Source: Candidatus Hydrogenedentota bacterium (lineage in GTDB: Bacteria; Hydrogenedentota; Hydrogenedentia; Hydrogenedentales; SLHB01). Taken from it: a stretch of 14,949 bases of DNA. Under the pieces are notes generated by a model. It did not search any database, was not told the DNA's origin, and saw only the letters and a program-made list of their open reading frames with translations. Position 1 is the first letter of the stretch. Each line of letters starts with the position of its first letter. The DNA lies in the NCBI GenBank assembly GCA_034408725.1, contig JAWXCN010000166.1:1-14949 (forward strand), given 5' to 3'. Below, piece by piece: positions 7,741 to 14,949 of this stretch. The position numbers were made by a program, and so were the translations under genes.

Positions 7741-8883
7741 ATGAAACCTGAAGTTATTAAGGCCACTGCCTGGGCGGTCCTATTCACCGGTTTGCTCGCG
7801 ATATCTATCGTGATCGGTTCCCGCAATCTTTCCCGGTTTGACGCGCCGCTCGTCGCGTACACATTCGCAACCCTTTTCGCGATGTTTGGTATCACCTACC
7901 GGTACTCGATGTGGCTTCAACGGCCACCGACGGCGATGTTTTGGAAGCGCGGCTGGCAAACGTTTTTCTCGCGCGGAAGGATAGCGCGGAATACGGGTAT
8001 CTGGTTTGTGCGCGTAGGCGGCGAGTTCGCGCTAAACAATTTCATCTGGAAACGGGCGCGAGTGCGATGGCTGGCCCACTTCCTCATCATGTGGGGTAGC
8101 ATTATTGCCGCCGCCATCACGTTTCCGCTCGTGTTCGGCTGGATGAGTTTCGAATCGCTACCCGGCAACATCGAATGGTACCGGGTCTATATCTTCGGCT
8201 TTCCAACCATAGCGATGCCGCACGAATCTTTCCTCGCCTTTTTTATTTTCCACGGCCTGGTATGGGCCTCGTTGATGGTCATACCCGGCGTCATGATCGC
8301 CATGCGGCGCCGAATGCGAGATGAAGGCGCCGCGGCGCTCCAGACGTTTTCGGAAGATTTCCTGCCGCTGATTCTGCTCTTCGCAGTGAGTGTATCGGGA
8401 TTGTTGCTAACGGTCAGCTATACGTGGCTGCAAGGTTATGGCTATGAATTTCTGGCGTTGCTGCACGCGGTGACCGTCATCTTCACATTGTTGTGGTTGC
8501 CGTTTGGAAAGTTTTTTCATATCTTCCAAAGGCCCGCGCAGCTTGGCGTTGAATTCTACAAGGATGTCGCCGCCGCGGGCGAGGCGGCAACCTGCGGCCG
8601 TTGCGGCCACCCATTCGCATCACTCCTGCACGTGAACGATCTCATCAAGGTTGAGCAGGCGCTGGGTTATCGTTATGAGATTCGCGGAGAGCCCAGGGTG
8701 GGGCATTACCAAAGGATTTGTCCCCCTTGCCGCCGTGCGATGCTAGCGATCGCGCAGGGATCACTCATGCGGGGCTCCGCATACGAACAGACCGGAATGA
8801 CGTTGCCAATGCCCGCGTATGTGAATACCGGTTTGGGCGAAGGGCCGCTTGGCGACGAAGACGCGCGCAATTTTCACCCGTAA
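7741..8883 (+). CDS. Polytopic membrane protein, NarI/HmcE-like cytochrome b anchor with C-terminal CxxC...CxxC domain (380 aa)
   Basis: SD GGAGG at 7729-7733 and several TM helices. Membrane His residues in RWLAH, IFHG and LLH-x17-H (LPFGKFFH). C-terminal CGRC and CPPC. Confidence 0.75.
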   Translation: MKPEVIKATAWAVLFTGLLAISIVIGSRNLSRFDAPLVAYTFATLFAMFGITYRYSMWLQRPPTAMFWKRGWQTFFSRGRIARNTGIWFVRVGGEFALNNFIWKRARVRWLAHFLIMWGSIIAAAITFPLVFGWMSFESLPGNIEWYRVYIFGFPTIAMPHESFLAFFIFHGLVWASLMVIPGVMIAMRRRMRDEGAAALQTFSEDFLPLILLFAVSVSGLLLTVSYTWLQGYGYEFLALLHAVTVIFTLLWLPFGKFFHIFQRPAQLGVEFYKDVAAAGEAATCGRCGHPFASLLHVNDLIKVEQALGYRYEIRGEPRVGHYQRICPPCRRAMLAIAQGSLMRGSAYEQTGMTLPMPAYVNTGLGEGPLGDEDARNFHP

Positions 8884-8898
8884 CAGGAGTATCGAGTC

Positions 8899-11160
8899 TT
8901 GGCTAACCCAGGCACTACTATCGAAGCGATAGCCGGAGAGTTTGGCCCGCATCTTTCCCAATCCACTGGCATGCGGCTCGATTCGACGCTGGTCCCCGAC
9001 AAGGTCGTCAATACGCATTGCTGTTTTTGCGGCCAGCAATGCGGCATCAAACTTTTGGTCAAAGATGAGGTCGTCGTCGGGTTCGAGCCTTGGTACGATT
9101 TCCCGTTCAACGAAGGGAAGCTTTGCCCTAAAGGCGTGAAGCGTTACCTTCAAGGCGCCCACCCTGACCGGTTATTGCATGCATATCAGCGTGACACCAA
9201 CTCGCCAAATGGTTTCCGTGCCCTGGGCTACGACGAGGCCATTGCGCGGGTAGCTTCGGAGATTCAGCGCATCCAGGATGCGCATGGCCCGCATGCCATG
9301 GCCTGCCTTAGTGGGGCGAGCCTTACGACTGAGAAATGTTATTTGATGGGAAAGTTCGCGCGCGTCTGTCTGAAATCGTCGAATATCGATTACAACGGCC
9401 GGTTGTGCATGGTAAGCGCCGGTGCCGCCAATAAAAAGGCTTTCGGCGTAGACCGCGCCGCGAATTCCTGGGCGGACATTCTCAAGACGCAACTGGTTTG
9501 GATTAGCGGCGCGAACATCGCCGAGTGCGCGCCCATCACAACCGACTACGTGTGGCAAGCGCGGGAGAACGGCGCAAAAGTCATTGTCGTTGACCCGCGC
9601 ATTACAGCCATAGCGCGCACCTGTGACCTGTTTCTACCGATCAAGCCCGGGCGCGATGTCGCGTTGTTCAACGGGATTCTTCATTTGATGATCGAGAACA
9701 ATTGGCTGGACCATGATTTTATTGCAAAGCACACCGTAAATTTTGACGAAGTCGCCGCGGGTGTTAAGGACTGCTCACCGTCGCGCACGGCTGAAATCAC
9801 GGGAATCGCCGAACGTGCAATCCGTACTGCCGCGGAGTGGTGGGGCGAGGCCCAATCAAGTTTCCTGCTGCATGCGCGCGGCATCGAACACCACACCCAC
9901 GGGGTGCAGAATTGCCTCGGCGCCATCAATATCGTCCTCGCGTCCGGGCGCATCGGCCGGGAGTTTTGCGGCTACGCGACCATCACCGGGCAGGCAAACG
10001 GCCAAGGCGGACGCGAGCATGGCCAGAAGTGTGATCAGTTGCCGGGTTGGCGCGACCTTGGAAACCCGGAGCACCGTGCGCATATCGCAAAGATATGGGG
10101 CGTGGCCGAGCAGGACCTGCCGCCTCCCGGCGTGGATGCGTACGAAATCTTCCGCAAGATCGATCGGAATGAAATCAAGGGCCTGCTTTCCATCTGCTTC
10201 AACCCACTGGTATCGCTACCGGACAATAACTTCGTGCGGCGCATGTTGCAAAAGCTCGAGTTTTATGTCGCCATCGATTTCTTCATGAACGAAACCGCGC
10301 GATACGCTGACATTGTGTTGCCGGGTTCGCTGCACGAAGAGGATGAAGGCACGGTAACGACAGCCGAGGGCCGCGTCATTAAAATCAACAAGGCAGTCGA
10401 ATGTCCGGGAGACGCGCGCGAGGATTGGCGAATCATCCAGGACATCGCGAAGTCGCTAAATCGGCCGCACGGATTCACTTTCGATTCCCCGCGCGAAATT
10501 CTCGAAGAATTGCGCGTTGCGTCGAGGGGCGGCGTTGCGGATTACTCTGGCATCACGTACGAAAGGCTGGAGAAGGAACATGGGGTTTTCTGGCCGTGCT
10601 ACTCGGAAGAGCATCCTGGCACGCCACGCCTATTCGAACCTGGGACCTGGAACCCGGTGGCAAACGGCAATGGGCCGTTTTACTTTCCCGACGGTAAGGC
10701 GCGGTTTAACGCGATTACCTATCAGCCGCCCGCCGAAGTCACTGACGCCGAGTATCCCTACATTCTGACGACCGGTCGTGTGATCAGTCATTTTCTTTCC
10801 GGTACACAGACCCGGCGCATTGGACCCTTGGTGGATCAATGCCCGGAGCCGTACATCGAAGTGCATCCGGAGCTTGCGGGAAAGCTGGGACTGGCAACGG
10901 GCGATTGGGCAACGGCCGAATCACGGCGAGGAACCTGCACCTTGCCAGTCCGTGTGGTGACGACCATTCGCCCCGATACGATTTTCATTCCCTATCACTG
11001 GCCTGGGCGAAAGAGCGTGAACCAACTCACGATTTCCGCGCAAGACGCCATTTCTAAAATCCCGGAGTACAAGGTCTGCGCGGTGAGGCTAAAGAAAGTG
11101 CCCGCGCCCTCTGCGGAAGAGTTGGCGCGAATCGAGCCCGCTGCGCGGGTGGAGGTATAA
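8899..11160 (+). CDS. Mo/W-bisPGD oxidoreductase catalytic subunit of the Nas/Nap/Fdh clade, nitrate-reductase-like (753 aa)
   Basis: TTG start with SD AGGAG. [4Fe-4S] motif [10 protein letters not shown]...LCPKG, active-site [26 protein letters not shown] and LTTGR. No Tat motif. Confidence 0.9.
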   Translation: MANPGTTIEAIAGEFGPHLSQSTGMRLDSTLVPDKVVNTHCCFCGQQCGIKLLVKDEVVVGFEPWYDFPFNEGKLCPKGVKRYLQGAHPDRLLHAYQRDTNSPNGFRALGYDEAIARVASEIQRIQDAHGPHAMACLSGASLTTEKCYLMGKFARVCLKSSNIDYNGRLCMVSAGAANKKAFGVDRAANSWADILKTQLVWISGANIAECAPITTDYVWQARENGAKVIVVDPRITAIARTCDLFLPIKPGRDVALFNGILHLMIENNWLDHDFIAKHTVNFDEVAAGVKDCSPSRTAEITGIAERAIRTAAEWWGEAQSSFLLHARGIEHHTHGVQNCLGAINIVLASGRIGREFCGYATITGQANGQGGREHGQKCDQLPGWRDLGNPEHRAHIAKIWGVAEQDLPPPGVDAYEIFRKIDRNEIKGLLSICFNPLVSLPDNNFVRRMLQKLEFYVAIDFFMNETARYADIVLPGSLHEEDEGTVTTAEGRVIKINKAVECPGDAREDWRIIQDIAKSLNRPHGFTFDSPREILEELRVASRGGVADYSGITYERLEKEHGVFWPCYSEEHPGTPRLFEPGTWNPVANGNGPFYFPDGKARFNAITYQPPAEVTDAEYPYILTTGRVISHFLSGTQTRRIGPLVDQCPEPYIEVHPELAGKLGLATGDWATAESRRGTCTLPVRVVTTIRPDTIFIPYHWPGRKSVNQLTISAQDAISKIPEYKVCAVRLKKVPAPSAEELARIEPAARVEV

Positions 11161-11164
11161 GCAC

Positions 11165-11824
11165 ATGCCTGTTTCGGAGTTGCTGGAATTTTTCGTCGAT
11201 CCCGCGAGATGCATCGGGTGCAACGCCTGCGTGCAGGCGTGTTCCGAATGCGATACGCACAAGGGCCATTCGATGATCCAGTTGGACATGATCGACCAGG
11301 CGCATTCAACACAGACCGTGCCGGTGATTTGCATGCATTGCGACTCGCCAACCTGCGCGGAGGTGTGCCCCGCGGACGCCATCAAGAAAACGGCAGATGG
11401 CGTGGTCCAGAGTGCGCGCAAACCACGCTGCATCGCTTGCAACAATTGTGTGCTTGCGTGCCCGTTTGGCGTTCCCAAGATGAATACCGAAACGCATCTG
11501 ATGATGAAGTGCGACATGTGTTACGACCGCAGTTCCGTGGGCAAGAAACCGATGTGCGCGTCGGTATGTCCAAGTCAGGCGCTTTTCTTTGGCACGCGAG
11601 AGGAGATCGCGCGATTACGGCCCCGGTCACGTGCGGTCAATGCCTTTCAATTCGGCAATCAAACCATCACTACCAAAGTGAACATGATGGTGCCCAACTA
11701 TGCGGCGGCGGATTGCATTGATGTCACCGGGTCGATGCACGGCACGGTCATTGGAAATCAGATTGACGCGAGCGTGCTCTATCAGGGGATTGAAACAGGA
11801 GAATCTCACCATGCGTCCACATGA
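11165..11824 (+). CDS. Four-cluster [4Fe-4S] electron-transfer subunit (DmsB/NrfC-like)
   Basis: Four Cys groups: [35 protein letters not shown] and KCDMC...PMCASVC. SD GGAGG. Confidence 0.93.
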   Translation: MPVSELLEFFVDPARCIGCNACVQACSECDTHKGHSMIQLDMIDQAHSTQTVPVICMHCDSPTCAEVCPADAIKKTADGVVQSARKPRCIACNNCVLACPFGVPKMNTETHLMMKCDMCYDRSSVGKKPMCASVCPSQALFFGTREEIARLRPRSRAVNAFQFGNQTITTKVNMMVPNYAAADCIDVTGSMHGTVIGNQIDASVLYQGIETGESHHAST

Positions 11825-12359
11825 TGAAGAAAACGTATCGGCAGCGCCGGACGGCGCCCCGCCCGGGGAACAGCCACACTGGCGCCGCCAGTTCCCAATT
11901 GATGTGGCGGAGGACGAGTATCGCTCCCGGCGCGATTTTACGAAACTGCTCGGGCTGACAAGCCTGGCCTTCGTGTCGGGTCAGGGTTTCATTATCGCCC
12001 AGAGCATTACAAAGAAATCCGAAGGGCCTCTTCCCGAAATCGATGTGGCCGCGCTGGACGAACTCGAGGTCGGTATGGCAAAGGTGTTCCAATATCCTCA
12101 CGAAGGAAACGCTTGTGTGCTGGTGCGGATTTCAGAGGACAACTTTGTCGCCTATGGCCAGAAGTGCACACACCTGTCCTGCCCCGTGATACCCAAGCCG
12201 CGAGATGGAAAATTCTATTGTCCGTGTCACAATGGCAGCTTCGACCTGCATACGGGACGTCCATTGGCCGGCCCGCCGCGCCGCGCCTTGCCGAAAGTCA
12301 CTCTGAAAATGGCCAATGGCCGAATCATTGCAACCGGATTGGAGCACGGAGTCGTATGA
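11811..12359 (+). CDS. Rieske [2Fe-2S] protein with Tat-type signal/anchor (182 aa)
   Basis: SD AGGAG at 11797-11801 and 14-nt overlap with the upstream gene. SRRDFTK followed by a hydrophobic stretch, and boxes CTHLSC and CPCH. Confidence 0.92.
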   Translation: MRPHDEENVSAAPDGAPPGEQPHWRRQFPIDVAEDEYRSRRDFTKLLGLTSLAFVSGQGFIIAQSITKKSEGPLPEIDVAALDELEVGMAKVFQYPHEGNACVLVRISEDNFVAYGQKCTHLSCPVIPKPRDGKFYCPCHNGSFDLHTGRPLAGPPRRALPKVTLKMANGRIIATGLEHGVV

Positions 12360-12583
12360 AAGGGTCAACATTTGCGCGCAGCCAGCGCGGGGCCATTGTG
12401 CTGGGCATACTCTGCATCGTAGGAACACTTGTCGTGTTTCAGTTGTGGCTTTTGACCGCGACGATGGAAGCGTACCTCGGGGGCAATGATGACATTGTTA
12501 TTCCTGCCGCGCTTGCGAGTGTTGGTTGCTTTTTGCTGAACTTCGGAATTCTCCATTTCTATATGCGGCGCCTGGATCGTTAG
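12356..12583 (+). CDS. Small two-TM membrane protein (75 aa; QLWLLT motif, recalled as DUF6755-like)
   Basis: ATGA overlap with the Rieske stop and two hydrophobic helices. The true start is internal to the ORF-track ORF 12113..12583. Confidence 0.8.
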   Translation: MKGSTFARSQRGAIVLGILCIVGTLVVFQLWLLTATMEAYLGGNDDIVIPAALASVGCFLLNFGILHFYMRRLDR

Positions 12584-12590
12584 CACGGCC

Positions 12591-13646
12591 ATGGAGCCAG
12601 ACAGCACGCCGGCGCCGAAATTATTTTCGCCGCTCTCAACTCTTTTTCCCGGTTACTTTTCGCTCGTTATGGCCACCGGAATCGTCTCAATCGCAGCGCA
12701 TTTCATGGAATACACTTGGATTTCACGAGCACTGTTTTGTTTTAACGTGATAGCATACTGCGTCCTGTGGGCACTGACCCTTGCGCGGGTGCTCTTTTTC
12801 ACACAGCAGATACTCGCGGATATTATGAACAACGCCCGGAGCGTTCTTTTTCTTACCATGGTCGCGGGGACGATGGTGTTGGGCAGCCAGTTTGCCCTGA
12901 TGTCGCCTTACATGGGCGTTGCAAAGGCGCTGTGGTGGCTCGGAATTCTGCTCTGGGTTGTGCTCATCTATACGTTTTTCACCGTGAATACCGTTCACGA
13001 GCCAAAGCCGAAATTTGAAGACGCAATCAATGGCGCGTGGCTGCTCGCCACGGTGTCGACGGAATCTATTTGCGTGCTCGGCACGCTGGTGGCGCCATCG
13101 ATGCGCAATGCGGAGGCGGTATTCTTCGTGTCGTTGTCGGCGTATTTGCTGGGCGCAATGTTTTACATCGTCCTGATAGCGCTGATTGTGTATCGATGGT
13201 TTTTTTTCAGCCTTCCTCCAGACAAATTGACGCCGCCGTATTGGATCAACATGGGCGCGCTCGCCATCACCACGCTTGCCGGTTCGCGGTTATTGTTGTC
13301 CACGACACATTGGCCGTTCCTAGAGACCATCCGCGGATTTATCACCGGGTTTACCCTGTTTTTCTGGGTCACCGGAACATGGTGGATTCCGCTTCTCATC
13401 TTCGTGGGCATCTGGCGGCATGTGGCGCAGCGGGCGCCACTGAAATATGACCCCCAATATTGGTCGCTGGTGTTCCCTATCGGAATGTACACCGTCTCAA
13501 CCTTCATATTCGCGCAGGCAACAGGATTGCAAGTGCTCGCGTCAATACCGGTTGCCGCTTTTTATGTTGCGCTTGCGGCGTGGGCGCTGACGTTTGCCGG
13601 AATGATGCACGCGCTCGCGCGCCAGGCGCTGCACCGCGAAGCGTAG
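12591..13646 (+). CDS. SLAC1/TDT family (tellurite-resistance/dicarboxylate) anion channel
   Basis: About 10 TM helices with PGYFSLVMATGIVS, NGAWLL, PPYWINMGALAITTLAG and YWSLVFPIGMY (gate WxxxFP). Confidence 0.9.
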   Translation: MEPDSTPAPKLFSPLSTLFPGYFSLVMATGIVSIAAHFMEYTWISRALFCFNVIAYCVLWALTLARVLFFTQQILADIMNNARSVLFLTMVAGTMVLGSQFALMSPYMGVAKALWWLGILLWVVLIYTFFTVNTVHEPKPKFEDAINGAWLLATVSTESICVLGTLVAPSMRNAEAVFFVSLSAYLLGAMFYIVLIALIVYRWFFFSLPPDKLTPPYWINMGALAITTLAGSRLLLSTTHWPFLETIRGFITGFTLFFWVTGTWWIPLLIFVGIWRHVAQRAPLKYDPQYWSLVFPIGMYTVSTFIFAQATGLQVLASIPVAAFYVALAAWALTFAGMMHALARQALHREA

Positions 13647-13655
13647 CGGCGTTGT

Positions 13656-13970
13656 TCAGGGCCGGATCGTCACTAAATAGAATTTGCTGTTGGTGTTGGC
13701 GACGAGGCTGTGCGCAACGCGCGGTGCCATCCGAAGCCAAGTCCCCGCAGCGGCTGTGTACTGCTTGTCTTCGACGGTAAGTTCGATTTCGCCCTCAAGG
13801 AAATGCAGCATCGCTTCCATTGACGTGGTGTGCTCCGACATCTCCTGCCCCGCCGTCATCGCAAACAACGTGGCGTGCATCCTTTCGCCTTTGAAAATGA
13901 TGTGGCTCAGAATGCCTTCTTTTGGATATTCAATAGCATTTAACACGTCTAAAACGATTGTATGTTGCAT
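13656..13970 (-). CDS. Single-domain cupin protein (104 aa)
   Basis: Start MQHTIV with SD GGAGA. Cupin motifs GQEMSEH...HFLEG and AGTWLRMAPRVAH. The upstream extension in the ORF track overlaps the next gene and is spurious. Confidence 0.85.
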   Translation of the reverse strand: MQHTIVLDVLNAIEYPKEGILSHIIFKGERMHATLFAMTAGQEMSEHTTSMEAMLHFLEGEIELTVEDKQYTAAAGTWLRMAPRVAHSLVANTNSKFYLVTIRP

Positions 13971-14016
13971 GGTGTTTCTCCGGTGTGTGCGAAAGTGAAA
14001 GACCTTCTCGCTCGCT

Positions 14017-14025
14017 ACTGTACCA
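14017..14025 (-). promoter_or_regulatory. Possible extended -10 (TG-G-TACAGT) for the cupin gene
   Basis: Motif lies in the 64-nt gap upstream of the cupin start. Confidence 0.3.
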
Positions 14026-14034
14026 AACGCCGCT

Positions 14035-14949
14035 TTACTGTTGCGCATAGTGCGTGTACCAGTCGCTCGTGAAGATGTTCGCGGGATCGGACGCGCGCTT
14101 GTGTTCCAGAAACTTGCTGAAACGAGGATGCGCCGCGCGAACCTGCTCCTGCGTTGCGAATATGTGATACGTGAGATAATAGCTGCCGCGGTATTCGATT
14201 GAGCGATCGATGAGCCTGCGGAACGAATCTGCTGCGCCCATAAGGCCCGCGGGCGTATGGTCAACGTGTAGATTGAAAATGACGCACGCCCAGGGTTCGC
14301 GCGCCCATGCGAGAAATGATTCGGAATCTCGCTCGATGAGGCGGACTGTGCCGTAGATGACATTCACGCCGTGCTTGCGAAAATCTCTCGCGCACGTGCG
14401 CATGAATGCGGCAAGCGAAGCGCGGGGTATGTAGGCCTCCGTAATCATTTCCGTGCCGCGCACGTGTGCGCCAGTCTTTTCATCAAGCCATTCGTGGTAG
14501 TCATCAAGATAGGTGCTCATCTGCATGGTGTCTGACCAGTAGATTTGACCTGACGTCGCGCGGTAATGGCCGGCATATGCCTCATAGGCCTTTGCCTTGT
14601 CGACATGGGCGAGATGAATCAGGTCGCGCCATTGCGCCGGTGAAAGTTCGTGTTGATCGTTGGGAACCGGAGTCGAGGGCGAAACCTCGCGGTAGCATGC
14701 CATGACGCCTTTATGCAGGAAACCGGGAGATTGCGCGTCCGTCATATATTGAAAATCTCCATAGTCGAACCCGTCGCGAATGCGGGCATGAAACTTGTCG
14801 ATGGCATCATCAATCGTTGAGATCTCCACAATGCGTTGCATCTTCCGCCTCCGGACGAGTCGCAGCGACACGCTGTACACAATTCCGAAGAGTCCATAGC
14901 CTCCCAAGATGAGCGAGAACAAATCGGCATTCTCGCCACGGCTGCATCG
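14035..14949 (-). CDS. FAD-linked oxidase (VAO/PCMH-type, arabinono-lactone oxidase/DprE1-like), 5'-truncated by the window edge
   Basis: The frame is open to 14949 and reads RCSRGENADLFSLILGGYGLFG. The C-terminus has GSYYLTYH and KRASDPANIFTS. Confidence 0.85.
   Translation of the reverse strand, partial: RCSRGENADLFSLILGGYGLFGIVYSVSLRLVRRRKMQRIVEISTIDDAIDKFHARIRDGFDYGDFQYMTDAQSPGFLHKGVMACYREVSPSTPVPNDQHELSPAQWRDLIHLAHVDKAKAYEAYAGHYRATSGQIYWSDTMQMSTYLDDYHEWLDEKTGAHVRGTEMITEAYIPRASLAAFMRTCARDFRKHGVNVIYGTVRLIERDSESFLAWAREPWACVIFNLHVDHTPAGLMGAADSFRRLIDRSIEYRGSYYLTYHIFATQEQVRAAHPRFSKFLEHKRASDPANIFTSDWYTHYAQQ

Noticed and set aside
8593-8610. CGRCGH as a c-type heme site
   Set aside because: The motif is CxxCxH, not CxxCH, and it pairs better with the downstream CPPC as a four-Cys metal site.
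8899-11160. Calling the Mo enzyme formate dehydrogenase, NarG, NapA or arsenite oxidase AioA
   Set aside because: The ligand Cys is followed by Met rather than His and there is no RGQNN, so not FDH. It is too short and Cys-ligated for NarG, and has no Tat signal or napB/D for NapA. It has a four-Cys cluster motif and a Cys ligand, unlike AioA. No gene symbol was assigned.
13971-14363. N-terminal extension of the cupin ORF, and similar extensions at 7086-7139, 7702-7740, 11700-11810 and 12113-12355
   Set aside because: They overlap neighbouring genes or regulatory DNA; downstream ATGs with SDs or stop-start coupling are better starts.

Overview
GC-rich bacterial window with about 16 genes. 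Left part: a TolB/PD40-type exported beta-propeller, a degenerate metallophosphoesterase-like protein, a PAS-PAS hybrid histidine kinase, and an exported protein of unknown function, followed by an intergenic cluster of three REP-like repeats. The core (5683-13970) is a nitrogen-oxide locus. A group I truncated hemoglobin and a translationally coupled 2Fe-2S/FAD/NAD reductase (a 'split flavohemoglobin') lie divergent from an NsrR-type Rrf2 regulator, with a candidate NsrR box between them. Downstream of nsrR is a tightly coupled six-gene run: NarI-like heme-b membrane protein, Nas/Nap-type molybdopterin enzyme with an atypical active-site environment, 4x[4Fe-4S] subunit, Tat-signal Rieske protein, small 2-TM protein and SLAC1/TDT anion channel. 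This subunit combination does not match canonical Nar, Nap, Nas, Aio or Fdh, and is the best candidate for an uncharacterised system. The right end has a cupin and the 3' part of an FAD-linked oxidase. All calls come from reading motifs by eye; no database searches were run.
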